Below are positions 1 through 9,447 of a stretch of 64,000 nt of DNA, one piece after another (position 1 is the first letter of the stretch; the number at the start of each line of letters is the position of its first letter). The translations under genes and the position numbers were made by a program. The DNA lies in contig CAWBQQ010000001.1 of assembly GCA_963790995.1 (NCBI GenBank), positions 2,007,268-2,071,267 of the forward strand. Reading direction: 5' to 3'. Under the pieces are notes generated by a model that saw only the letters and a list, made by a program, of their open reading frames with translations, ran no database searches and was not told the origin of the DNA. The stretch is from an uncultured Bacteroidota bacterium. Its GTDB lineage: Bacteria; Bacteroidota; Ignavibacteria; Kryptoniales; JAKASW01.

Positions 1-1317
1 GGGTGGATAACATTCAGGCAGGCCGTGGAATTGTCGAGCAACGTTGCATTTTCGAAAGTCGGAATGAAGATTCCGCCCGATAAATTTTATAGATACGCAC
101 GAGATTTCGGGTTCGGCGCAGCAACGGGCTTAGAGCTTCCGGGAGAGGTCTCCGGGGAGTTGGAAAAGCCGTATGAATGGTCCAGGGTCTCTCTTCCCTT
201 TATGTCGTTTGGTTACGAAGTCATGGTAACTGCACTTCAGATGGCTGACGCTTACGCAGCAGTTGCAAACGGAGGTACATTGATGAGGCCATACATCGTC
301 AACGAGATCACCGACCCGAAAGGTAATGTTCTATTTCAGAATTCACCCGCCGCGATAAGGCGCGTTGTAAGTGCGAATATCTCTCAAACGCTGACGGGAC
401 TCTTTGTGGATGTCGTGGAACATGGAACAGGTACTTCCGCGAAACTGAGCGACGTTCTTCTCGCCGGCAAAACCGGAACGGCGCAGAAGTTAGTCGATGG
501 CATGTATTCGAAGAAATTCTATCGAGCGTCGTTCGCGGGATTTTTTCCGGTTCCTAATCCGCAGATTGTCGGCTTTATAATGGTTGATTCACCTCTGGAT
601 GGTTATACCGGCGGCATGGTCTCCGCACCTATTTTTAAGAAAATTGCCTCGCGTATCTACGGAATTATGCAGCGACGAACATCAGACTTTTCAAATGACG
701 ACGTGAGGCTGGTTTCAAACTCGTCCCGGAATAATAAAATGATTTCCGGATCAGAAGACGGCAATCCGCAATTTACTGCTGCCAAGGAAGAAAACACGAA
801 AATAAATTCAGGCACAATTGGCTCAAGTTTCGCAGCCGGAGATATGGTGACGATTCCGGACGTTTCTTTTCTCGATTACAAATCCGCCGAAGAAATCCTG
901 CAAAGCCATGATCTCTTCGCAGACGACCCCTCCGTAGTTGCCGATCCGTCGCACACGTCCGCGTCTTCATCGCCTGCAAGCAAAACTTCCGCCGCGTGCC
1001 CCGTCTTCACACTATCGGATCAAAGCAGTTTCATTGTCGAATCCGAAAAACCTGCCGCTGGAAGTGCAGTTCCTAAAGGTACATCGGTAAAATTGAATCT
1101 TGTATTGGCGAAGCGCATAACGAAAATGCCCAACTTTCGTGGAACGAGTGTGAGAATGGCGGCAAGTTTCTTTCTATCGGCAGGAATTCCGTTTCATGTG
1201 GTCGGCAGTGGAAGGGTCGTAAGCCAATTTCCCGATGCCGGAAAGCCTATAAGCAAAAACACTTCGGCAGTTATCAATTGTGACGATAAGAGTCTGAATA
1301 TGTCGGGGCTGTTTTAG
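1..1317 (+). CDS. ftsI: Division transpeptidase FtsI/PBP3, C-terminal part with PASTA-like domains (5' end outside window)
   Basis: Frame is open from base 1; SSN and KTG (AGKTGTAQK) transpeptidase motifs; two PASTA-like segments (IPDVSFLD, MPNFRGTS); directly upstream of murE. Confidence 0.9.
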   Translation, partial: GWITFRQAVELSSNVAFSKVGMKIPPDKFYRYARDFGFGAATGLELPGEVSGELEKPYEWSRVSLPFMSFGYEVMVTALQMADAYAAVANGGTLMRPYIVNEITDPKGNVLFQNSPAAIRRVVSANISQTLTGLFVDVVEHGTGTSAKLSDVLLAGKTGTAQKLVDGMYSKKFYRASFAGFFPVPNPQIVGFIMVDSPLDGYTGGMVSAPIFKKIASRIYGIMQRRTSDFSNDDVRLVSNSSRNNKMISGSEDGNPQFTAAKEENTKINSGTIGSSFAAGDMVTIPDVSFLDYKSAEEILQSHDLFADDPSVVADPSHTSASSSPASKTSAACPVFTLSDQSSFIVESEKPAAGSAVPKGTSVKLNLVLAKRITKMPNFRGTSVRMAASFFLSAGIPFHVVGSGRVVSQFPDAGKPISKNTSAVINCDDKSLNMSGLF

Positions 1318-2810
1318 TGAAGCTTAGCCAACTTATAAAAAATGTTGCGGTGACTGATATAATCGGTGACACTGACATCGAGATCACTGATATCGTTTAT
1401 GACTCCCGAAAGGTTAAAGAAGGTTCGCTGTTTGTCACGATGAAAGGTGCGCAGTTCGATGGACACCGTTTCATTGTCGATGCCATAGGCAACGGTGCGA
1501 TCGCAGTCGCGGTCGAGGACAAGAGTATCGTCAATGACGACTACGTCCTCTCTCACCACGCCACTGAACTATTAGTCCTCAATACCCGCCGGGCTCTCGC
1601 ACTCATCTCTTCGAATTTTTACGATCATCCCGCTGAAAAGCTGAAAGTTATCGGCATAACGGGAACGAACGGAAAAACTACCAGCACTTACTTGATTAAG
1701 TCCATCTTACAAGCTGCAGGCGAGAAAGTCCTTTTAGTCGGAACAATAACTTATTTGCTCAACGACGATCCCCTGGAGCCTGCGACCAACACGACCCCGG
1801 AATCGTCCGAGTTAAATAGGATGATGGCTCTTGCGATTAAAAAGGGCGTGACTTCTGCGGTGATGGAAGTCTCATCACATTCGCTTGTGATGAATCGAGT
1901 CCATGGAATCCCATTCAGAGCCGCATTGTTCACAAATCTTACGCAAGACCATCTGGATTTCCATCGAACCATGGAAGAATATTTTAAAGCGAAGAAGATC
2001 TTGTTCGATACATTGCCGGCGGGCAGCATCGCGATTTCAAATATGGATGATGAGTATGGAGAAAGAATCGTCTCGAACAGTTCGGCTGAAAAGGCTTTTT
2101 ACGGATTCGGGTCCGGTGCGGACTTTAGAATAGTCAAATCCTCATTCGGAATTGACGGAACGGCCGTTGTGGTTTCTCATAAAGGAAAAGATTATTCGAT
2201 AAAATCCGCTCTTGTCGGAAGATTTAATGCTTACAATCTGACCGGCGCGTTCTCCACGGCGGTTTCTCTCGGCTATGAGCCGGCTGCTGTTGCGGACGCG
2301 TTGAGCAAAGTTCAGAATGTGCGCGGTCGATTTGAGCGCGTCGATTCCGGAAAAGGCTTCCTGGTCGTGGTGGATTACGCGCACAGTCCGGACTCTCTGC
2401 AAAAAACTTTGCAATCGGCGAAAGAGATTTTGAATTCGGCTGGAAAAGGCGGCAGGCTTATCACCGTCTTCGGCTGCGGTGGAAATCGCGACCGAACAAA
2501 GCGTCCCAAGATGGGAAAGATTGCTGAAGATTTGAGCGACGTAACGATCGTTACCTCGGACAATCCGCGCTATGAAGATCCGGAGGCAATTGTCGGTGAA
2601 ATACTCGGGGGAATGAATTCGAACGACGAGAGGGTATTGCAGATCGTCGACAGGCATGAGGCAATACTCGAAGCTTTAAAGCGGGCGTTACCTAACGACA
2701 TCGTGGTTCTCGCCGGCAAAGGGCACGAGAATTATCAGGACGTAAAAGGAGTGAAGCGTCACTTTGACGATCGCGAAGAAGTCGAGAAAGATTTGGGATT
2801 AAGAGGTTGA
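1317..2810 (+). CDS. murE: UDP-MurNAc-tripeptide synthetase MurE (meso-DAP type)
   Basis: GITGTNGKTT P-loop, MEVSSH, FTNLTQDHLDFH, DYAH, DNPR (DAP specificity), GKGHE. Confidence 0.98.
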   Translation: MKLSQLIKNVAVTDIIGDTDIEITDIVYDSRKVKEGSLFVTMKGAQFDGHRFIVDAIGNGAIAVAVEDKSIVNDDYVLSHHATELLVLNTRRALALISSNFYDHPAEKLKVIGITGTNGKTTSTYLIKSILQAAGEKVLLVGTITYLLNDDPLEPATNTTPESSELNRMMALAIKKGVTSAVMEVSSHSLVMNRVHGIPFRAALFTNLTQDHLDFHRTMEEYFKAKKILFDTLPAGSIAISNMDDEYGERIVSNSSAEKAFYGFGSGADFRIVKSSFGIDGTAVVVSHKGKDYSIKSALVGRFNAYNLTGAFSTAVSLGYEPAAVADALSKVQNVRGRFERVDSGKGFLVVVDYAHSPDSLQKTLQSAKEILNSAGKGGRLITVFGCGGNRDRTKRPKMGKIAEDLSDVTIVTSDNPRYEDPEAIVGEILGGMNSNDERVLQIVDRHEAILEALKRALPNDIVVLAGKGHENYQDVKGVKRHFDDREEVEKDLGLRG

Positions 2811-4219
2811 TTACACTGCGAGACGTGCAAAGAATTCCGGGAGCCGAATTTCATAATTTGAAATTCAAATCGGCCAGGGCGGTTTCCACTGACTCTCGCA
2901 CGGTTTCCGGCAGTCAGATATTTTTTGCTCTTCGCGGCGAACAGTTCGACGGGCACAATTATGTCGGCGACGCGATCGGCAAAAATGCGGTTTGTGCAAT
3001 TGTCGATAGAAAGTGGTTTGGAGAAAAACAATCCGAGCGTGCCCATCGTGGAGAACCCGTCCATCTTCCGCTTGTTGTGGTTGATGACACAACTCGTGCC
3101 CTCGGTGATCTCGCGAGGATTTATCGTCGAAAATTCTCCATGCCGGTGATAGCCGTCGGGGGCTCGAACGGGAAAACAACAACTAAAGAAATGATCGCAG
3201 AAGTCTTGGACAAAAAATTCAGAGTCCTCAAAACTTCCGGCAACCAAAACAACCGGATCGGTGTTCCGCTCACAATTTTCGGATTTAAAACTGTTCACGA
3301 GATTGCGGTTGTTGAAATCGGCACAAACCATTTCGGTGAGATACAGCGCCTTTGTGAAATTCTTGAGCCGACCGCGGGTATCGTCACAAACATCGGAAAC
3401 GAGCACTTAGAGTTTTTCAAGAATTTGAACGGCGTCAAAAAAGAGGAAGGCAGACTTTTCAATTATCTCGCGGCTACAAAAGGAACGGCGTTTGTAAACG
3501 CGGACGATAATAACTTAGTTGATTTGTCGAAAGAGTTGAAGCGCAAGCTCATTTTCGGATTCACCTCGCGCCGGGGATATTTGTCCGGACAAATGTTCGG
3601 TATGGACGGCAGGGGCTGTGTTTTATTTGAATTAAAATACAAAAACAAAACCGAGGTCGTCAGTCTTCGTGTTCCCGGATTTCACAATGCCATGAATGCC
3701 CTTGCCGCCGCGGCAGTAGGAACGTATTACGGTGTCAAGATCAACGAGGTCAAGAATGCGCTTGAGAGTTATAGGGCTTTTGAAAAGAGGATGGAAATCG
3801 TGAAAGCAGGCGGCGTGACGATTCTTAATGATACATACAATTCAAATCCCGAATCAGCTTCCGCCGCTCTCCGCTGGTTGTCTGCTATTCGCCCAAAGGG
3901 CAAGAGGATTGCAGTCCTTGCGGACATGCTCGAGCTTGGCCTGTCAGCGAAGCGCGAGCACCAGAAAATCGGAAGAGAGATCGCAAAAGAGAATCTCGAT
4001 TATCTTTTCACGTTCGGAAATCTCGGACGAGACATTGCCGCAGCCGCTGAGTGCAAAATTGAAACGGAAGCTTTTGACGACAAAGATGAGCTCTCGGAAA
4101 AACTTCTTCTGGCAGTCGGACCGGGAGATGTGGTGCTTGTCAAGGGGTCACGCGGCATGAAGATGGAAGAGGTCGTGAAAAAGCTGGCAAACGGATTGCG
4201 AAATCGGGGGCATCGCTGA
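2807..4219 (+). CDS. murF: UDP-MurNAc-tripeptide--D-Ala-D-Ala ligase MurF
   Basis: TDSR, GSNGKTTTKE, NNRIGVPLT, NDTYNSNP, LVKGSRGMKME; dcw position. Confidence 0.97.
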   Translation: MITLRDVQRIPGAEFHNLKFKSARAVSTDSRTVSGSQIFFALRGEQFDGHNYVGDAIGKNAVCAIVDRKWFGEKQSERAHRGEPVHLPLVVVDDTTRALGDLARIYRRKFSMPVIAVGGSNGKTTTKEMIAEVLDKKFRVLKTSGNQNNRIGVPLTIFGFKTVHEIAVVEIGTNHFGEIQRLCEILEPTAGIVTNIGNEHLEFFKNLNGVKKEEGRLFNYLAATKGTAFVNADDNNLVDLSKELKRKLIFGFTSRRGYLSGQMFGMDGRGCVLFELKYKNKTEVVSLRVPGFHNAMNALAAAAVGTYYGVKINEVKNALESYRAFEKRMEIVKAGGVTILNDTYNSNPESASAALRWLSAIRPKGKRIAVLADMLELGLSAKREHQKIGREIAKENLDYLFTFGNLGRDIAAAAECKIETEAFDDKDELSEKLLLAVGPGDVVLVKGSRGMKMEEVVKKLANGLRNRGHR

Positions 4220-5328
4220 TGCTGTATTATTTATTCGACATGCTTGAAAGAGAATTTCACCCGCCGGGCTTCGGAATTTTTAGATACATCACTTTCCGTT
4301 CGGCGCTTGCGGCGATCACGGCGCTGTTAATCAGCTTTGTGATCGGTCCTATAGTTATCCGGAAACTTCACAAGTACCAGATCGGCGAACAAGCGAAAGT
4401 CGAAGGTCCGAAGTCTCATTTATCGAAAGCAGGAACGCCGACGATGGGCGGGCTTATAATTATCGGATCGGTTGTCGCGCCGCTTCTTCTTTGGGGGGAC
4501 CTTGGAAACCTGTACGTGCTTTTGATGCTTCTTATTACTGTTGGGCTCGGCCTTCTCGGCTTTATCGACGATTATATGAAGGTCGTAAAGAAGAAGCGAA
4601 AAGGGCTCATCGCCCGATACAAGCTTATCGGACAAATCACGATCGGTCTAATTGTCGGGGCTGTTCTATTCTTCTCTCCGCAGTTTCGCCCGTTTAATTC
4701 ATTGACAACAATTCCGTTCTTTAAGAACCTTAACTTTGATTATTCGTACTTTTACATTCCGGTCGTCGTATTCATAATTACGGCCACGTCCAACGCAGTA
4801 AACTTGACCGACGGGATTGACGGCCTTGCTGTGGGCACAGTCGGGATAGTTGCGTTGACTCTTGCGTTGATGAGCTACATTTCAGGGAACATTGACTTCA
4901 GCCGCTATCTTAATATAATCTATCTTCGCGGATCCGGTGAGCTTACCGTGTATTGTGCGGCCCTTCTCGGAGCTTCGCTCGGCTTTCTGTGGTACAATAC
5001 ATATCCTGCGCAGGTTTTCATGGGCGACACCGGCTCACTGGCGCTCGGGGGTGCGATTGCAGGAATTTCAATCATGATAAAGAAAGAATTGGTGCTCCCG
5101 ATACTGGGCGGAATTTTTCTTGCTGAAGAATTATCGGTTATTGCCCAGGTCCTTTACTTCAAATACACGAAGAAAAAATACGGTGAAGGCCGCCGCATTT
5201 TCAGAATGGCACCGTTCCATCATCACTTCGAGCTCAGCGGTGTGCCGGAGCCGAAAATTGTCACGCGCTTCTATATCGCCGGGATTTTGTTGGCGATTCT
5301 AAGTTTAACCACGTTCAAAGTGAGATGA
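4219..5328 (+). CDS. mraY: Phospho-MurNAc-pentapeptide transferase MraY
   Basis: KAGTPTMGG, DDY, NAVNLTDGIDGL, FMGDTGSL, APFHHHFE; multiple TM segments. Confidence 0.99.
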   Translation: MLYYLFDMLEREFHPPGFGIFRYITFRSALAAITALLISFVIGPIVIRKLHKYQIGEQAKVEGPKSHLSKAGTPTMGGLIIIGSVVAPLLLWGDLGNLYVLLMLLITVGLGLLGFIDDYMKVVKKKRKGLIARYKLIGQITIGLIVGAVLFFSPQFRPFNSLTTIPFFKNLNFDYSYFYIPVVVFIITATSNAVNLTDGIDGLAVGTVGIVALTLALMSYISGNIDFSRYLNIIYLRGSGELTVYCAALLGASLGFLWYNTYPAQVFMGDTGSLALGGAIAGISIMIKKELVLPILGGIFLAEELSVIAQVLYFKYTKKKYGEGRRIFRMAPFHHHFELSGVPEPKIVTRFYIAGILLAILSLTTFKVR

Positions 5329-5329
5329 A

Positions 5330-6685
5330 TTGAGCAAGCCGGAAAAAATAAAGTCCTCGAGAGTGTCGGTGCTCGGCGCAGCGAGAAGCGGAATATCGAC
5401 TGCGAAGCTTTTGAAATCGCAAGGCGCATCCGTATTTGTCAGTGATAAGAAACCGAAAGAGGAAGCTGCTCAGGAAATCAAAGCGCTGGAGAATTTGGGA
5501 CTGCCATACGAATTCGATGCACATTCGGATAGAATTTTTGACGCTGATTTCATTGTTATAAGCCCCGGTGTACCATCGCACTCAAATTTAGTCCAGCATG
5601 CATTAAAAGTCGGTTTGAGTGTTTATAGCGAAATTGAAACTGCATCATGGTTTTGCCGTGCGCCGATAGTTGCGATAACAGGATCAAACGGAAAAACCAC
5701 CACGACAACCCTTACCGGCAAAATTTTCGAGAAGGCCGGACGGAAAACGGTTGTCGCGGGAAATATAGGATTTCCGCTTTCCGATTATGTCCTCGATGTC
5801 GATGAAAATTCCGTCGCAGTCGTCGAAGTGTCAAGTTTCCAGTTGGATCATATAGATGCCTTCCAGCCTAAAGTTGCGGTCCTTCTCAACATAACGCCTG
5901 ATCATCTCGATAGGTATGAGAGCTACCAGGCTTACATGAACTCGAAATTCAGGATTTTCATGAATCAAACTGTCAGTGATTTCTCTATTTATAATTACGA
6001 TGACGAAGCCGTCAGGAAACATTGCGACAGTTTGGTATCGAAGAAGAAATGTTTCAGCGTTAAGGAGGAAATTCCCTGCGGAGCCTTTGTGGATAAAGGC
6101 AAAGTGTTTCTTGTCGCGGGCGGGAATCGGGAATTTCTAATCGATGCCGGGGATATAAAAATCCGCGGCCTGCACAATTTATATAATTCAATTGCGTCAT
6201 CACTCGCAGCAAAAGCGATGGGTGTTTCTGTAGAAGTAATAGCGGAAACATTGCGCGAGTTTCCGGGAGTGGAACACCGGCTTGAGCCGGTCAGGGAGCT
6301 TAACGGCGTGTCATATGTCAACGATTCTAAAGCGACGAATGTCGATGCCGTATGGTACGCTCTCGGAAGTTTTGAGTCGCCGATAGTTTTAATTGCAGGC
6401 GGCAAAGACAAGGGTAATGATTATTCGCCGCTTTTCGAACCTGTGAAGAAGAAAGTCCGTACCATGATTCTTATCGGTCAGGCGGCAGCGAAAATGCAAA
6501 AGGAGTTTTCCGACAAGACAAAGTGCATTATGGCGTCATCCATGGAAGAAGCCGTGTCGAGGGCGCGGGGCGAAGCAAAGAAAGGCGATGTCGTTCTTCT
6601 TTCACCGGCGTGCGCAAGCTTCGATATGTTCCATGATTATGAACACCGCGGACGAGAGTTTAAAAGACTGGTGATGGAGCTGTGA
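5330..6685 (+). CDS. murD: UDP-MurNAc-L-Ala--D-Glu ligase MurD
   Basis: ITGSNGKTTTT, EVSSFQL, NITPDHLDRY, NDSKATN, LLSPACASFD. Confidence 0.98.
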   Translation: MSKPEKIKSSRVSVLGAARSGISTAKLLKSQGASVFVSDKKPKEEAAQEIKALENLGLPYEFDAHSDRIFDADFIVISPGVPSHSNLVQHALKVGLSVYSEIETASWFCRAPIVAITGSNGKTTTTTLTGKIFEKAGRKTVVAGNIGFPLSDYVLDVDENSVAVVEVSSFQLDHIDAFQPKVAVLLNITPDHLDRYESYQAYMNSKFRIFMNQTVSDFSIYNYDDEAVRKHCDSLVSKKKCFSVKEEIPCGAFVDKGKVFLVAGGNREFLIDAGDIKIRGLHNLYNSIASSLAAKAMGVSVEVIAETLREFPGVEHRLEPVRELNGVSYVNDSKATNVDAVWYALGSFESPIVLIAGGKDKGNDYSPLFEPVKKKVRTMILIGQAAAKMQKEFSDKTKCIMASSMEEAVSRARGEAKKGDVVLLSPACASFDMFHDYEHRGREFKRLVMEL

Positions 6686-7854
6686 TGAGGAATTTGAAGC
6701 CGGCAGATAAGTGGTTCTTGTTCGCGGTGCTCTCGCTCATGTTCATGAGCCTTGTCGTGGTTTATAGCGCGAGCGCATTCTGGTCCGAATTGAAGTTTCA
6801 GAATCCCGCGTATCTTTTGCGAAGCCATCTTTTCAAGGTTCTCATCGGAATGATTTTGATTTTTACCCTTGCAAAAATTGATTACCACAAAATCGAGAAG
6901 TACGCCGTTCACCTTCTGGTGATTTCCGGAATCCTTTTGGTTATTGCGCTCGGGCAGAGAGTGATAATAAAAGGTGCCGCCCGCTGGGTTCATCTCGGTA
7001 TTTTCAGCTTCGAGCCTTCGGAGGTTGCACGGCTGGGGGTCTTATTCTTCATCGCGGCTTATCTTGCCGCAAGTGCCGATGCTTTGGACGATTACAGGGC
7101 GCTGATCAAACCTCTTGCAGCGACGACAATCGTCGCCGGACTCATCATTTTGCAGCCAAACTTCAGCACGGCTTTCATGATTTTTGCGACTGTGGGAGTG
7201 ATGCTGTTCGCAGGGGGCATCAAAAAGAGACACATGGCGGTGCTGGTCGCCGGCGCCCTCGTTATCGGTGCATGTGCCATGATGCTTGAATCGTACCGGG
7301 TCGCAAGAGTCCAATCATGGATGAAACACGGCTCCGGAAATTATCAGGTACAGCAGTCAATTATAGGTTTCGGCAACGGCGGAATATTCGGAGTTGGACC
7401 AGGCAACAGCAAGCAGAGAAATTTATTTCTGCCGGAATCTTACGGCGATTTCATCTACTCGATCATAGGCGAAGAATACGGCCTGTGGGGATCGGCTTTG
7501 GTGATGTTGTTATTTCTCTTTATCGCATTTCGTGGCACAGCCATCGCCAAAAAAGCGCCTGACAGGTTTGGGAGCTTGCTTGCACTGGGAATAACGAGCG
7601 GAATTTGTTTGTATGCGTTCGTTAACGCCGGAGTCGCGATCGGACTTTTTCCTACCACTGGCATCCCGATGCCGTTCGTAAGCTATGGTGGTACCGCGAT
7701 GATTGTCAATTCGATTGCGGTCGGAATCATCTTGAATGTATCGAAACAGATTCCTGAAAATGAACCTGTCCATGGAAAAGCAAAAGGTTCTCATGGAATC
7801 TTTCGAACGAAGAAGATAGAATCCAGCGAGCCGGTGGTCGGGAGGATTTATTAA
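6682..7854 (+). CDS. ftsW: SEDS-family peptidoglycan polymerase FtsW
   Basis: GAARW, FEPSE, LQPNFST, LPESYGDFI, PTTGIPMPFVSYGG; about 10 TM segments; between murD and murG. Confidence 0.96.
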   Translation: MMRNLKPADKWFLFAVLSLMFMSLVVVYSASAFWSELKFQNPAYLLRSHLFKVLIGMILIFTLAKIDYHKIEKYAVHLLVISGILLVIALGQRVIIKGAARWVHLGIFSFEPSEVARLGVLFFIAAYLAASADALDDYRALIKPLAATTIVAGLIILQPNFSTAFMIFATVGVMLFAGGIKKRHMAVLVAGALVIGACAMMLESYRVARVQSWMKHGSGNYQVQQSIIGFGNGGIFGVGPGNSKQRNLFLPESYGDFIYSIIGEEYGLWGSALVMLLFLFIAFRGTAIAKKAPDRFGSLLALGITSGICLYAFVNAGVAIGLFPTTGIPMPFVSYGGTAMIVNSIAVGIILNVSKQIPENEPVHGKAKGSHGIFRTKKIESSEPVVGRIY

Positions 7855-8951
7855 TGGTACGAGTCGTTTTTGCCGGCGGCGGGACCGGAGGTCACCTTTT
7901 TCCGGCGGTGGCTATAGCAGAGAGATTGATGGATGTGAAAGGCATCGATGTGATGTTTGTTGGGACAAATAATAAAATTGAAGCTCGAGTTGTTCCACAG
8001 CTTGGCTACAAATTCAACACGATATGGATCGGTGGATTCTCGCGAAAGTTCAGGCTGTCTAATTTTCTGCTTCCGCTTAAGGTAATAATCTCGATTTTTC
8101 AATCACTTAAAATTTTGCTTACATATAAACCTAATGTTGTTGTCGGTACCGGCGGATATGTCTCCGGGCCTGTCTGTGCGGCTGCGGTCATGACTCGAAC
8201 TCCGATAGTTCTTCAAGAACATAACAGCTATCCCGGTGTCATGACCAGGATGTTTGCTCCGTTCGCTCGTGAAATCCATGTTGCATTTGAAACGTCGAAA
8301 AAGTACTTCAGAACGAGCCATAATTTGTTTATCACTGGAAGCCCGATCAGAAAGATGCGTAAGGCAAATCGAGACGAAGCCCTGGGCTTTTTCGGGCTAA
8401 ACTTGGATAGGCATACACTATTTGTGACAGGTGGAAGTCTAGGAGCCATGAAGCTAAACAGTGCAATGTTGGCAATCGTCGAAGATTTGATGAGCCGTGA
8501 TTACCAGTTGATCTGGCAGACAGGATCTGTCGATTTCGAGAGAATAAAAGACAGCTGTGATAGATGCTCCGTTACGGTGAATGGGCAGATTGAAAAATTT
8601 ATAGAAAGGATGGATCTGGCCTACTCGGCGGCCGATATCGCCGTCTGCAGAGGCGGTGCCACTACAATTGCTGAGCTTATATACTTTGATCTTCCGGCCG
8701 TAATAGTCCCGTACCCCTATGCTGCAGCGAACCATCAAGTCGAAAACGCCCGTGCCCTAGTCGGGAACGGCGCAGCTGTCATGATACAGGAATTCGAAAT
8801 TGAAGAAGCATTCCGAAAAGAATTGTTCGGCGTGATCGACAATCCGTCGCGGCTCGCCGCCATGCGGGAAAAGATTAGCAGGTTATCGCATGATGATGCG
8901 GCGGAAGTTATCGCTAAAGCTATTCTAAGAATTGCAGGAGCAAATGCATAA
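7854..8951 (+). CDS. murG: Undecaprenyl-PP-MurNAc-pentapeptide GlcNAc transferase MurG
   Basis: GGGTGGH, GTGGYVS, GGSLGA, RGGATT, HQVENA. Confidence 0.98.
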   Translation: MVRVVFAGGGTGGHLFPAVAIAERLMDVKGIDVMFVGTNNKIEARVVPQLGYKFNTIWIGGFSRKFRLSNFLLPLKVIISIFQSLKILLTYKPNVVVGTGGYVSGPVCAAAVMTRTPIVLQEHNSYPGVMTRMFAPFAREIHVAFETSKKYFRTSHNLFITGSPIRKMRKANRDEALGFFGLNLDRHTLFVTGGSLGAMKLNSAMLAIVEDLMSRDYQLIWQTGSVDFERIKDSCDRCSVTVNGQIEKFIERMDLAYSAADIAVCRGGATTIAELIYFDLPAVIVPYPYAAANHQVENARALVGNGAAVMIQEFEIEEAFRKELFGVIDNPSRLAAMREKISRLSHDDAAEVIAKAILRIAGANA

Positions 8952-9447
8952 ACATTTCAGACGCAGATTCGAATTTTACTACCAATCGGTTGCCGTATAT
9001 GCCGTCGCGTTGATACTTTATGCCCTGGTACGCGGCACGTTTGCCGAGGACGAGTTCACAATGGTTTTCAAAGATCCGATCGTTTATGCGTTTATTATCG
9101 TGTTAGCCTATTCCGTTTTCATATTAGTTTTCAACATGCTATTCCAGAGAGATGTGATCGTGACGGATGATTCGATAATTCTTCAGAACAGATTCGACAG
9201 CAAGACGGTCAAGCTGGCAAGCATAGAATGGATTCGTGTCGGTAGAGCGAAACGGATGAAAGTGAGAGGGAGCTTCAAAGTCATCAAGTTGAAGCTAAAG
9301 GGTCAGATGAGGGCCGTGCGAATAAATCCGATTTACTTTCACGACGAGCGTGGTATGATCGAAACTTTCAAGCAATTGAGTCAATCTAAAATGCCCCCGA
9401 AGAATCATAGATTCATGGGGAGGGAAAAAAAGAGCGGAAATGTTTGA
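8944..9447 (+). CDS. Hypothetical membrane protein (2 TM helices plus basic beta-rich cytoplasmic domain)
   Basis: AGGAG RBS before ATG at 8944; overlaps the murG stop and murC start by 8 nt each; two hydrophobic helices. Confidence 0.8.
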   Translation: MHKHFRRRFEFYYQSVAVYAVALILYALVRGTFAEDEFTMVFKDPIVYAFIIVLAYSVFILVFNMLFQRDVIVTDDSIILQNRFDSKTVKLASIEWIRVGRAKRMKVRGSFKVIKLKLKGQMRAVRINPIYFHDERGMIETFKQLSQSKMPPKNHRFMGREKKSGNV

